From positions 61,256,001 through 61,320,000 of the forward strand of contig CM059430.1 of assembly GCA_030390025.1 (NCBI GenBank): a DNA stretch of 64,000 nt, given 5' to 3'. This document shows positions 12,399-25,014 of this stretch, in pieces. The stretch is from Squalus acanthias (lineage: Eukaryota). The position numbers and the translations under genes were made by a program. The notes under the pieces were generated by a model. That model did no database searches, was not told the origin of the DNA, and saw only the letters and a list, made by a program, of their open reading frames with translations. Numbering within the stretch: position 1 is the stretch's first letter; each line of letters opens with the position of its first letter.

Positions 12399-13742
12399 GG
12401 ATTGGTACAGAGGCCAACCACCTCACAAGCATCTTAAGCAGTACCACCACAAGTTACGCAGCCATCATACAGGAGGTTGGGTGTCGTGGTCTGCAAGCTC
12501 ATGCCTACACCTTTCCATTTATTTTTGCAGACTATTTCTTAATCCCCTCTCCATTCAGTTTTAGGAAAAGTTGCTAAGGGCTTAAGATGGCTTTTGAGCT
12601 CTCCAAAGGCTTTCTGAATTTTTGTCGCCTATTGTGAAACTGCCTTTAATTGTCCCCACCCCTTTAAGTCTGATTTACACAAAATTTTCCTCTCCCTCCA
12701 TTACTGTCCTTTCTAGACCTGTCTGACTCTGCGCCTTGTCCTGTAAATAATTATGCAAATAAGTTTACAACAGAACATTCAGTGCAACAAAAATCTTAGT
12801 TTTTTTTCAATTCTTTAAAGGCAGTTTCTATAAGTTGCTTGGAAATAAACCAACAAGTATCACCCCTTATTGTTTGTTCCATCTTTAGTCCTTCACCCAC
12901 TGAACTCGTTGTCTTTGTTATCTCTCTTTATCTCAGCTGAAACTCCTATATCTCCACCACTAAATGTTGCCTCCAAGAAGCTTGACTTCCCCTTTAATGC
13001 CAAACACTCGTTCTACATTCAGCAGTTCTTTGTTTTCACTAAAACCCATGACTTAAATTCTGTTGCTATATCTAGAGAGGCTCTCCTACGACCAATCTCA
13101 GTCCTATCTGTAAGGGTGATCCTTCTCTCACTTCTTGTCTCCAACTCCTCTCTCTCCATTGCACCTTTTCTAATTTTATTTTAAAGATACTACAATGGTC
13201 AGTTATCTATTGAATTTTCCTCATTTGTTTCTAAGTTCCAAATAAGTCATCGTACACACTATACCTCCTTCCTATAACCTCACTTTGTTGAAATGAAGAC
13301 TCATGGCACTGTCTTGAACGTTTCTTTCCCAAAACTTCAAACTGCAGAACTCCTTACCTCCTCCAGACTTCACTTTCACCTACAACCTACAGGCATTTGA
13401 AACCCAAGCTTGGCATTGACTAATTACTACTTCCTGAATTACATTGTCTTCTCTTTTACTCTCTTCAACTTTAGTTGTACCCTACTCTGAGAGCTTTGGT
13501 CCTTAATATAGTTTCCTCAATTGAGAAATAAATCTGTCTGCTCTCACAGTATAGTTATAAATTGTATTTTATGGTCTTTTAAATTATGAAACAAAAATCG
13601 CTTTAAGTGAGCATTTCTTTTAACTGAGTAAAAATGGAAACCAGATCCCATATGTTTGTCTGTCATTGCAACTGAATTATTTCAGCTGTAAGTTCATTTT
13701 CAGTAAGAAGCTGGTCCATTCGCAAAATATCAGAAGCTCCAA

Positions 13743-14549
13743 GAGGGAAAAATTCGGTATCGCCCATTTTGGGACGTTAATATCGGCCGGGTGCAAAGTT
13801 TAGCGCCTGGCGCTAATTATCACCTCCGACTGCAAAATTCGCCTCTATCGCCCCTGGAGGTGATTTGAGCGCTAAATCAGGCGCAAACGTCGGGGAGCGG
13901 GGCGCTATCTCAGAACACTACCGAAGCGCAGGCGATGTCAATTACCATGGAAGCCAGACAGACTGGCGCTGTCCAGTTCCTAAAGGGGAGGGGCCATCTT
14001 GCTGGCCAGCCTCACCCTGCTCATTGCAGCCTTGAATCTCGGCCTGGAGAGACCTCTAAAGCAATTGTGTTGGAAGCACTAATGGATAGGCCCAGGGAAA
14101 GAGCTCGGCGCTTAGGAACCTCAAAAGTGGTGCTGAGGGTCAAAACTCCTTAGGACAGCGCTAAATCTCTCCAGACATCTCTCTCCCTCTCTTACCTGCG
14201 TGTACCAAAAATTTTGCTGACAAGAAGGCAGGAAGCGCCCGCCTTTAAATAGTGCTCCCCCAGCCCCTTCCCGAAAACGTTTCCCTCTAGCTGTCGTTCC
14301 TAGCGGCAGGCGCTAAGGCAGGTGGCGCGACTCAATATCCGGTCCGGGGCGCTACCGGGGCGTTGCACGCTCGACTGACATCATGATCTGCGGGCGCAGG
14401 AGATTAGTGTTTAGCGCTGCCGCAAAACGACTAGTCAATTTTGCGAGCGGCGCTAAAATTGCCGTGCGAGCGGTGCTAAATTCCTAGCGCCCCATTAGCA
14501 CCCCCTGGAGGCGCTAACGGGAGGCGCTAACCAACCGAATTTTTCCCCC
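13743..14549. mobile_element. Harbinger-type MITE, family A
   Basis: TIRs gagggaaaaattcggt / accgaatttttccccc, 3-bp TSD CAA, many tagcgc/gcgcta subterminal motifs. Homologous to 41921-42817. Confidence 0.85.
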
Positions 14550-14729
14550 CAAGTGTCTTTGGCCCATACCTTAACTGTCCCAATTTAATTAGTAAGTTCT
14601 GATTCTGATTGTGAGTCATTTTTGCATCTAATTTTTCCCCTGAGTCGATTGCAACTTCTAGGAATTCCTTTTGGAGTTATGGGAGTTGCTGGATGAAGAA
14701 AGTCTGATAAGTGCTTAACTGCAATTCTT

Positions 14730-15090
14730 GAGACTTGAGCACATAATCTCACACTCCAGTGCGAGGGAGTGCTGCACTGTCGGAGATGCCGTCTTTTGGA
14801 TGAGGCGTTAAACCGAGGCTCTGTCTGCCCTCTCGGGTGGACGTACAAGATCCCACAGTGCTATTCCAACAAGAGCAGGGGGGTTCTCCGGTGCTCCGGC
14901 CAATATTTATCCCTGAATCAACATCATTAAAACAGATTATCTGGCCATAATCTCGTTGCTGTTCATGGGACATTGCTGTGGGCAAATTGGCTGTTTTACA
15001 TCACAACAGTGACTATACTTCTAAAAGTACTTCATTGGCTGTGGAGCGCTTTGGGACGTTGTGAAAGGTGCTATATAAATGCAACTTCTC
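14730..15090 (+). mobile_element. Deu-domain SINE
   Basis: ggatgaggcgttaaaccgagg...ggtgctatataaatgcaa. Confidence 0.8.
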
Positions 15091-15561
15091 CTTAGAAAAC
15101 GATTCATTCAATAATTGACAAAACACGCATGAACTTTAAAGCTTTGCATTGCAGTCTGGAAATCACAGCAAGGAGGCATAATCTTTGCATGTGCTTCTTC
15201 ATAATCTTTGCATGTGTTTCTTCCAAATTGCCGTTCTTTATTTGTAAGGCTAGCCAAGCCATTAAGCTGTGGGAGGCAGCTTCTGATCCTGCTGTAACCT
15301 GATTTTTCACACGTGCACTTTGTAACAGTAATGACAGCAATGGAAATTCTGCCTGACGTTCCCACTTCCTAGCCCATGGGTGCGGAGGGCAATTTCAGTG
15401 GTCCTACCAGCACCTTGGTGAGATTACAACATAAATCTTCCTGTTCAACATGGTTCCGCACCACACCGTGCAATAAATTTACTGACACATCAGGGACATT
15501 CAAGCATCATATTTTTCAACAAACATTTTGTCCCTTAAATTTCATGCTGTTTTTCTTACAG

Positions 15562-15764
15562 CTCGTGAAGACAACATTGAAATGAGGCCTTGCGTACGCT
15601 GCTCTGATCCAATAACGGCAAACCGCAAAGGCAAAGAAGCGGGAGCAAAAAAAGGCAACACCCAGACACCACCGAAGAACCCAAGCAGAGTAGCAAACGT
15701 TAACGGCACCGCACCAAAGCCCAAGAAACACCGTAAGAGAGACAGGGACCCTACGTGTGCCTGA
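15562..15764 (+). CDS. Probable terminal (cytoplasmic tail) exon of the IgSF gene
   Basis: Acceptor gtttttcttacag. Phase-1 join to the TM exon gives K-A-REDNIEMRPCVRCSDP...PKPKKHRKRDRDPTCA*. AATAAA at 16177. Small intervening exons cannot be excluded. Confidence 0.7.
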
Positions 15765-16089
15765 TCTCGTGGTAAAACAAATCTGAAAAGCATTTTATAA
15801 TAATCATAGTATCTCTTTAAAGAATGCCTTGAAAGTATATGTGCAGCATACACCATAAGTGAGTCAATAAGAGAATCCCAGGGAGTCAGCGAGGTCATTA
15901 GATTACTGTATTTTTCCACTTAGTAAAAAATAATTTCTGTTCTCTGTACTAATATTTCTGAATTGATAATATTCTTTTCTCTGACCGTTTTTGGTGTTAG
16001 GACACAGGTCTTCAGAAGGATGTTCATATTTTACTGGTGATCTCTGTGAATGCATTATTTTTTGAAGGGGTCCCACACATAGGAAATTG

Positions 16090-16720
16090 TGATAAACACA
16101 AACCTAACCCAATTCCAGTGCTCCAGCCACACACAATGTATTGAATTTTTGTGTCCCATTCACTTGCATTTTGTAGAATAAATTGTCTCATTCACATCCA
16201 GTATACAGAATTTGAGTTCATTGACACCCAGTACATATAATTTCAGTCTCCATCCATACCCTTTGTATGGAATTCAGGGCCTTATTCGCACCCACTAGGG
16301 GTAATTTTGAGTTTGTTTGTTAGTGTAAAATGGATGATAGTGAATCGACAGGCCGTTTTACATCTCTCCGATTCTTATTTCTGTTGCAGTCAATTACCCC
16401 CACTATATGAAATTTTAGTGTCCATTTCCATCCAGTATGTAGAATTGTATTGCCTCCTTCACATGCAGTGTATAGAATTTAACTGCTTATTCAGATGCTG
16501 TACATTGCATAAAATTTCAGTGCCCTAGTCACACCCACTGTGTTGAATGTCAATTTCCTTTTTACACTCAGTGGATTGAATCCATTGCCCATTCACACCA
16601 TGTGTACAGAATTCTAGCACACATTCAAAAATACTGTGCAGAATTCTAGCACCCATTCAAATTCTCTGTACACAATTCTAATACCATTTATATCTGGTGT
16701 GCAGGACTCCAATGCTCCAT
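16090..16720 (+). repeat. Degenerate ~31-33 nt minisatellite
   Basis: Recurring unit close to gaattttagtgcccattcacacccagtgtata. Confidence 0.7.
16298..16400. mobile_element. 103-bp mini-MITE inside the minisatellite
   Basis: Ends ggggtaatt / aattacccc, flanked on both sides by cacta. Confidence 0.55.
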
Positions 16721-18049
16721 TTTAGCTATCAATTTCTGTCGATACTTCACCAAAACTACACATTTGATCACATTCTAAATCTACATTACACAAGTGCTTA
16801 CATAGTTATGTTAAATCAAGTTATAAAACTATGCTAACTTAAAAGTGATAACAGTTGTGATGGATAACATTCTGAGTAATATTTTCATATTCCTGTGAAT
16901 GTGTCAGTAGTAAGCCTGCTATTTATGCTGTTATCCTGCACCAAACACCATTTGATACAATGGACTGTATTCCAAGTATGTACTTTTGTCTAATGCTGTT
17001 ATGGTTACTGAGTTTAATATAATAAAAATATAACTAACTCCTTTTTGTTTTAAAAATGTGTAAATGATGCAGTACAGTACAAAAAGCTGCATGAGCTTAT
17101 TGTTTGCATTCATTAGTCCCTCAGAGGCTTTTGCAGCTTCTTATTTTGGGATATTGACCAGACACTGGAAATCAATGAGTAATTTATTAACCTATAATTT
17201 ACACAAGAAAAGCTATTTTCATTTTTAAAACATACTTGTTGAAAACCGACGTTAAGCACTATTTTTCATCCACTCTTTTTCTGTTCTATCTCATGCTGCA
17301 GTAAGACCTGCGGGCGCTGGTTACCAGTCATCTCTGCGACCTCACCCTAGTGGTGGAATTTTCATCACGAAGCCTATTTCACCGTGAGTGGCATCGCAGC
17401 TGATGTACATAGACGTGCATTTTCTAGCAGGGGGTCAGCCTATAACGATTGGCAGAGAACCCTTGTCTATTGTTTAACCACTCTGGAGCCTGGAAATGCT
17501 GAGACAAATTGTAGGTGACGTTAGCGAACACAGCACAAACCAGTGATTGAATCTGGGAGCTTCCTGTCCTGCACGGGTCGCCACCACACTATTTGATTTA
17601 TATCTCAGTTATATACATCGTTACAAAACAAGAGCATAGTTTCTCATTCAACTGCCTTCCTAATTAGTAACATCTACTTATTTGCTAGTTGCACAAGCTC
17701 CGAGTTCCAGCCTTATTCCCGATGCTGCTTGTGTTAGTGTAAAAGTGTGCTTTTCCCTGTGTAAATATTGGGAGGGATTTTCAACTGCTAGCTGCCAGTT
17801 TCTCACATGAAAATTGAGGGATGCACCTCGGCTGCCCCATTGATGCACAAGCCCTGCCCAATATGATTTTCAGGCGGGCTTGTAAATGAGCGAGCTGCCC
17901 GTTTTTGGTCGGAGGCTTCTTAAATATGCAAATTGTGGTCGTGTGCTGATCCGAGGATCTCGATCATAATTTTCTGGTGCAAATGGGTGGAGCGGCATCG
18001 CACGGACTCCGCACAATCATACCACACTTTGAATGGCCTTAAAAGGTCA

Positions 18050-21000
18050 TAAGAACATAAGATATAGGAGCAGGAGTAGGCCACTTGGCCCCTCGAGCCT
18101 GCTCCGCCATTCAATAAGATCATGGCTGATCTTGGGCTCAAAGCCACTTCCCTGCCCGCTCCCCATAACCCTTCACTCCCTTATCTTGCAAAAATCTGTC
18201 TATCTCCACCTTAAGTGTATTTAATGACCCAGCCTCCACGGCTCTCTGGGGCAGAGAATTGCACAGATTTACGACCCTCTGAGAGAAGAAATTCCGCCTC
18301 ATCTCAGTTCTAAAAGGGTGACCCTTTATTCTGAAACTATGCCCCCGAGTTCTAGATTTCCCCATGAGGGGAAACATCCTCTCTGCATTTACCTTGTTGA
18401 GCCCCCTCAGTATCTTATATGTTTCAATAAGATCACCTCTCATTCTTCTAAATTCCAGTGAGTATAGGCCCAGCCTGCTCAACCTTTCTTCATAAGTCAA
18501 CCCCCTCATCTCTGGAATTAACGTAGTGAATTGTCTCTGAACTGCCTCCAATGCAAGTATATCCTTCCTTAAATAAGGAGACCAAAACTGTACGCAGTAC
18601 TCATGGTGTGGTCTCACCAATACCCTGTACAGTTGTAGCAGGACTTCCCTGCTTTTATGCTCCAACCCCCTTGCAATAAAGGCCAACATTCCATTTGCCT
18701 TTTTGATTACTTGCTGTACCTGCATGCTAACTTTTTGTTTTTCATGCACAAGGACCCCCAGGTCCCTCTGAACTGTAGCATTTTGTAATCTTTCTCCATT
18801 TAAATAATAATTTGCTTTTTTATTTTTCTTGCCAAAGTGGATAACCTCGCACTTTCCCACATTATACTCCATCTGCCAAATGTTTGCCCACTCACCTAGC
18901 CTGTCTATATCCCTTTGAAGATTCTTTGAGTCCTCTGCTCAACTTGCTTTCCCACCCATTTTTGTATCGTCCGCAAACTTGGCTACATTACACTCGGTCC
19001 CTTCATCCAAGTCATTAATGTAGATTGTAAATAGTTGAGGCCCCAGCACCGATCCCTGTGGCACCCCACTAGTTACCGTTTGCCAACCAGAAAATGACCC
19101 ATTTATCCCGACTCTCTGCTTTCTGTTAGTTAGCCAATTCTCTATCCATGCTAATATAGTACCCCCAACTCCGTGAGCTCTTATCTTATGCAGTAACCTT
19201 TTATGTGGCACATAGAAACATAAAAGATAGGAGCAGGAGTAGGCCATTCGGCCCCTTGAGCCTGCTCCACCATTTAATGAGATCATGGCTGATCATCCAA
19301 ATTCAGTACCCTGTCCCTGCTTTCTCCCCATATCCCTTGATCCCTTTAGCCTTAAGAAATATATCTAACTCCTTCTTGAATATATTTAATGAATTGACCT
19401 CAACTGCCTTTTGTGGTAGAGAATTCCACAGGTCCACCACTCTCTGGGTGAAGAAATTCCTCCTCATCTCTGTCCTAAATGGCTTACCCCTTATCTTTAG
19501 ACTGTGACCCATGGTTCTGGACTCCCCCGCCATCGGGAACATCCTTCCTGCATCTAGTCTGTCTAGTCCTGTTAGAATTTTATAAGTTTCAATGAGATCC
19601 CCTCTCATTCTTCTAAACTCCAGCGAATATAAGTCCAATCGACCCAATCTCTCCTCATACAGCATTCCTGCCATCCCAGGTATCAGTCTGGTGAATCTTC
19701 GCTGCACTCCCTCCATGGCAAGAACATCCTTCCTCAGGTAAGGTGACCAAAATTGCACACAATACTCAAGGTGTGGTCTCACCAAGGCCCTGTACAACTG
19801 CAGCAATACATCCTTGCTCCTGTACTCGAATCCTCTCGCTATGAAGGCCAACATACCATTTGCCTTCTTAACCGCCTGCTGCACCTGCATGCTTACTTTC
19901 AGCGACTGGTGCACAAGGACACCCAGGTCTCGTTGCGCTTCCCCTTCTCCCAATCTATTGCCGTTCAGATAATAATCTGCCTTCCTGTTTTTGCCACCAA
20001 AGTGGATAACCTCGCATTTATCCACATTATACTGCATCTGCCATGCATCTGCCCAATCACCCAACCTGTCCAAATCATACAGGAGATTCTCAGCATCCTC
20101 TTCACAGCACACATGCCCACCCAGCTTTGTGTCATCTGCCATCTTGGAGATATATCTAGTTCCCTCATCTAGATCATTAATATATATTGTGAATAGCTGG
20201 AGTCCTAGCACCGATCCGTGCGGTACCCCACTAGTCACTGCCTGCCACTCGGAAAAAGACCCGTTTATTCCAACTCTTTGCTTCCTGTCTGCCAACCAGT
20301 TCTCTATCCAAGTCAGTACCTTACCCCCAATCCCATGTGCTTTAACTTTACACGCTAATGCGGGACCTTATCGAAAGCCTTCTGAAAGTCCAAATACACC
20401 ATATCCACTGGTTCTCCCTTGTCTATTCTACCAGTTACATCCTCAAAAAATTCCAGTAAATTATTCAAGCAAGATTTCCCTTTTGTAAATCCATGTTGAC
20501 TTTGTCCGATCCTGTCACTGTTTTCCAAGTGCTCTGCTATTACATCTTTTATAATGGACTCTAGCATTTTCCCACTACCGATGTCAGGCTTACCGGCCTA
20601 TAATTCACCGTTTTCTCTCTACCACCTTTTTTAAATAGTGGGGTTACATTAGCTACTCTCCAATCCATGGGAACTGTGCCAGAGTCTATAGAATTTTGGA
20701 AGATGACCAGCAATGCATCTACTATTTCTAGGGCCACTTCCTTAAGTACCCTAGGATGTAGATTATCAGGCCCTGGGAATTTATCGGCCTTCAATCCCGT
20801 CAATTTCCCTAACACCATTTCCCTACAAATACTGATTTCATTCAGTTCCTCCCTCTCATTAGACCCTATGGTCCCCGACATCTCTGGGAGGTTATTTGTG
20901 TCCTCCTTTGTGAAGACAGAACCAAAGTATGTATTTAATTGGTCAGCCATTTCTTTGTTCCCCATTATAAATTCCCCTGATTCTGACTGCAAGGGACCTA

Positions 21001-24000
21001 CGCTTGACTTCACCAATCTTTTTCTCTTCACATATCTATAGAAGCTTTTACAGTCAGTTTTTATGTTCCCTGAAAGCTTACTCTCATACTCTATTTTCCC
21101 CCTCTTAATTAATCCTTTTGTCCTCCTTTGCTGAATCCTAAACTGCTCCCAATCCTCAGATTTGCTGCTTTTTCTGGCCAATTTATATGTCCTCTCCTTG
21201 GATCTTATGCTATCCCTAATTTCCCTTGTTAGCCACGGTTGCGCCACCTTTTTTGTTTTATTTTTATGCCAGACAGGGATGAACAAATTCTGTAGTTCAT
21301 CCATGCGATCTTTAAATGTTTGCCATTGCCTATCCACCGTCAACCCTTTAAGTAACGTTCTCCAATCCATCCTAGCCAACTCGCGCCTCATACCATCGTA
21401 GTTTCCTTTATTTAAATTCAGGACCCTAGTCTCTGAGTCAACTACTTCACTCTCCATCTTAATGAAGAATTCTATCATATTATGATCGCTCCTCCCCAAG
21501 AGGCCTCGGACAACAAGATTGCTAATCAATCCTTTCTCATTACATAATACCCAGTCTAAGATGGCCTGATCTCTAGTTGGTTCCTCGACATATTGGTCCA
21601 CGCAACCATCCCGTATACAATCTAGGAATTCCTCCTCCACAGCATTGTTACTAATTTGGTTAGCCCAATCTATATGTAGATTAAAGTCACCCATGATAAC
21701 TGCTGTGCCCTTATTGCATGCATCTCTAATTTCCTGTTTAATGCCATCCCCAACCTCAGCATTACCGTTTGGGGGTCTGTATACAACTCCCACTAATGTT
21801 TTCTGCCCCTTGGTATTGCTCAGCTCTACCCATACAGATTTCACATCATCAAAGCTAATATCCTTCCTTACTATTGTGTTAATCTCTTTAACCAGCAATG
21901 CTACCCCACCTCCTTTTCCTTTTTGCCTGTCCTTCCTGAATATTGAATACCCCTGGATGTTGAATTCCCAGCCTTGGTCACCCTGGAGCCATGTCTGCAT
22001 AATCCGAATTATATCATATCCGTTTACATCTATTTATGCAGCTAATTCATCCACCTTATTACGAATGCTCCTCGCATTAAGACACAAAGCCTTCAGGCTT
22101 GTTTTTTTAACACTCTTAGTCCTTTTAGAATTATTATTTACTGTGGCCCTGTTTTATTTACACACTTGATTTCTCTGCCTTCCACTTTTGCTTTTCTCCT
22201 TCCTGTCTTTTGCTTCTATCCTTGCTTCCCTTTCTCTGTCTCCCTGCACAGGTTCCCAAACCCCTGCCATTTTAGTTTAAACCCTCCGCAGCAGCACTAG
22301 CAAACACTCCCCCAGGACATCGGTCCCAGTCCTGCCCAGGTGCAAACCGTCCAGTTTGTACTGGTCCCACCTCCCCCAGAACCAGTTTCAATGTCCCAGG
22401 AATTTGAATCCCTCCCCTTTGCACCATTCTTCTAGCTACGTATTGATCTGAAATATCCTTCTATTTCTACTCTGACTAGCATGTGGCACTGGTAGTAATC
22501 CTGAGATTACTACCTTTGAGGTCCTATTTTTTAATTTACCTCCTAACTCCCTATATTCAGCTTTTAGGACCTCATCCCGTTTTTTACCTATATTGTTGAT
22601 ACCTATATGTACCACGACAGCTGGCTGTTCACCCTCCCCCTCCAGAATGCCCTGCAGCCGCTCCGAGACATCCTTGACCCTTGCACCAGGGAGTCAACAT
22701 ACCATCCTGAAGTCTCATTTGCGGCCACAGAAATGCCTATCTATTCCCTTTACAATAGAATCCCCTATCACTATAGTTCTCCCGCTCTTTTTCCTCCCAT
22801 CCTGTGCAGCAGAACCACCCATGGTGCCAGGAAGTTGGCTACTGCTGCCTTCCCCCGATAAGCCATCTCCCCCAACAATATCCAAAGCGGTATATCTGTT
22901 TGAGAGGGGGATGGCCACAGGGGTCCCCTGCACTACCTGCCTGTGCCTACTACTCTGCCTGGCGGTCACCCATTCCCTTCCTGCCTGTGCAGCCTTTACC
23001 TGCAGCGTGACCAACTCGTGACTAAACGTGCTATCCACGATGTCCTCAGCATTGCGAATGCTCCAGTATGTATCCATTCGCAGCTCCAGCGCCGCAATGC
23101 GGTCTGCCAGTAGCTGCAGCTGGATACACTTCCCGCACACATGGTCGTCAGGGACACAGGGAGTGTCCCTGATTTCCCACATAGTGCAGGAGGAGCATGC
23201 CACGGGGCCGAGCTGTGCTGCCATGACTTACCCTTTAATTAATTCAAATTAAATTAAATCAAATCAATACCACTAATTACACTACAATTAAATGCTATAC
23301 TCAAGGGCCCTTGTTCACTAGCACTCCCTGCTACACAACAGAGACCCTAGAAACTATAAACCACAAAATTTAAGTTTGGAAAAAAGCGAGAAAAAGAGAA
23401 ATACTCACCATCCAATCACTTACCTGCTTTCTGGTGACGTCACACTTCGATTACTTTTTACTTCTCTCTCGCCCCGCTCCTTAAATCCTCGGTCTCTGCG
23501 CTCAGTCTCCACCCAGGGCCACTCTCACTGCTGCCGCCGGTGAGTCTGGAGTGCTCTCTCTCTCCCCGCTCCTTAAATCCTCGGTCTCTGCGCTCAGTCT
23601 CCACCCAGGGCCACTCTCGCTGCTGCCGCCGGTGCGTCTTATCGAATGCCTTCTGGAAATCCAAATACACCACATCCACTGGCTCAACTTTGTCCACCTT
23701 GCTCGTTACATCCTCAAAGAACTCCAGCAAATTTGTTAAACATGATTTCCCTTTCATAAAACCATGCTGACTCTGCTTGACTGCATTATGATTTCCAAAT
23801 GCCCTGCTACTGCTTCCTTAATGAAGGACTCCAGCATTTTCCCAACGACAGATGTTAGGCTAACTGGTCTATAGTTTCCTGCTTTCTGTCTCCCTCCTTT
23901 CTTAAATAGGGGTGTTACATTTGCGGTTTTCCAATCCGCTGGGACCTCTCCAGAGTCCAGGGAATTTTGGTATATTGCAACCAATGCATCCACTATCTCT

Positions 24001-24123
24001 GCAGCCACTTCCTTTGAGACCCTGGGATGCAGGCCATCTGGTCCAGGGGACTTGTCGTCTTTTAGTCCCATGATTTTACCAAGTAGATTTTCCTTAGTGA
24101 TAGTGATTGTCTTTAGTTCCCCC
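18050..24123 (-). mobile_element. Outer CR1 LINE (pieces 18050-19211 and 23638-24123)
   Basis: RT ORFs 18138-18872, 18939-~19210 and 23754-24071. ttttatgtggcac|cttatcgaatgcc is contiguous in the copy at 41641 but split here. Confidence 0.92.
19212..23637 (-). mobile_element. Near full-length CR1 LINE nested in a CR1: 5' UTR, ORF1, ORF2 (APE endonuclease + RT), disrupted
   Basis: ORF1 starts at 23224 (CSSC..HVCGKC zinc finger, then IVIGDSIV esterase-like motif). ORF2 pieces 20561-22000 (GVVYRPP, GDFN, SDH), 20355-20567 and 19303-20295. Confidence 0.95.
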
Positions 24124-25014
24124 AGGTCAGCTGGAGGCCGCTGAAAAAGGGGCCAAAGAAGTTTCTAATTTTTTTGCGGGCCCAGGAGTTGCAGATGTGC
24201 ACCTCCTATGCCCACAAAAAACTCCATCCCTCTGCCGGCCATGTGAGTACCTCCCCATCACCCCCTGGCTCCGGGTTCATCTTCACCGCTTCCGAGGCCC
24301 AACCTGCCAGCTGGCTCAGCCCAGGAGCCGGCCGATTTCCTAACCTTCCACAACTGGCGAGCTGCTGCGAGGCTCCCGTTTGGTGCCCACAGCTCGCCAC
24401 TGGCATCTAACTAAGGCTTGAGCCCAAAGATTTTTGCAGAGGTCGAAGATTGCCCCCGTTGCATTTCTGCTGGCCTCTTGTCGCTCTAGTGCACTTCACC
24501 TGCCTGTTAACTACTGCAGATTTTGGTCTTGTTCCATTTTTACATTTACTATTCCCAACCCCTTATCCAGTTTCCTCAATCATAGTTTTTTGTGTTTTCA
24601 CCCAAATCTATGTTGATTAAATTAAAGTCGACCCAATCTCAGGTAACCAGGTCTACTCTCAAACCTTTGAGCAACGTAAATCATGAGTTTTGTGTATACT
24701 TGAAAACGTCTTGTGTTGGAACTAAACTGTGTACTGGTCAGTTGGCTGAAGTTGGTCTTGAGAGCCAGTTGACCATGTAACTGAACAATTGGACATCAGG
24801 AGCTCAAGGTGCCAAAATCTTACCCCCAGATGGATACATTTTACAAAGCAGATGCTAAGCCTAGAAATAATTGTGTGATATTATGCTACAACATTAATTG
24901 CTTTGTTAATAACCACACTAAACCGTTTACAGTAAGTAGGCTAATAACCTCATTCATATAGCAGACATAGAAGTATGTCATCTTTCTTTAGCCTATGAAA
25001 AGTTAAGAGTCATT

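Larger units (their letters stand above)
17770..24457. mobile_element. Harbinger-type MITE split into 17770-18049 and 24124-24457 by CR1 insertion
   Basis: Ends gggagggattttcaac / gtcgaagattgccccc. aggtca is duplicated at both CR1 junctions (18044, 24124). Confidence 0.6.

Noticed and set aside
12720-13400. Purine-rich minus strand resembling a decayed gag/ORF1
   Set aside because: Many stops and no diagnostic motif that I can verify by eye.
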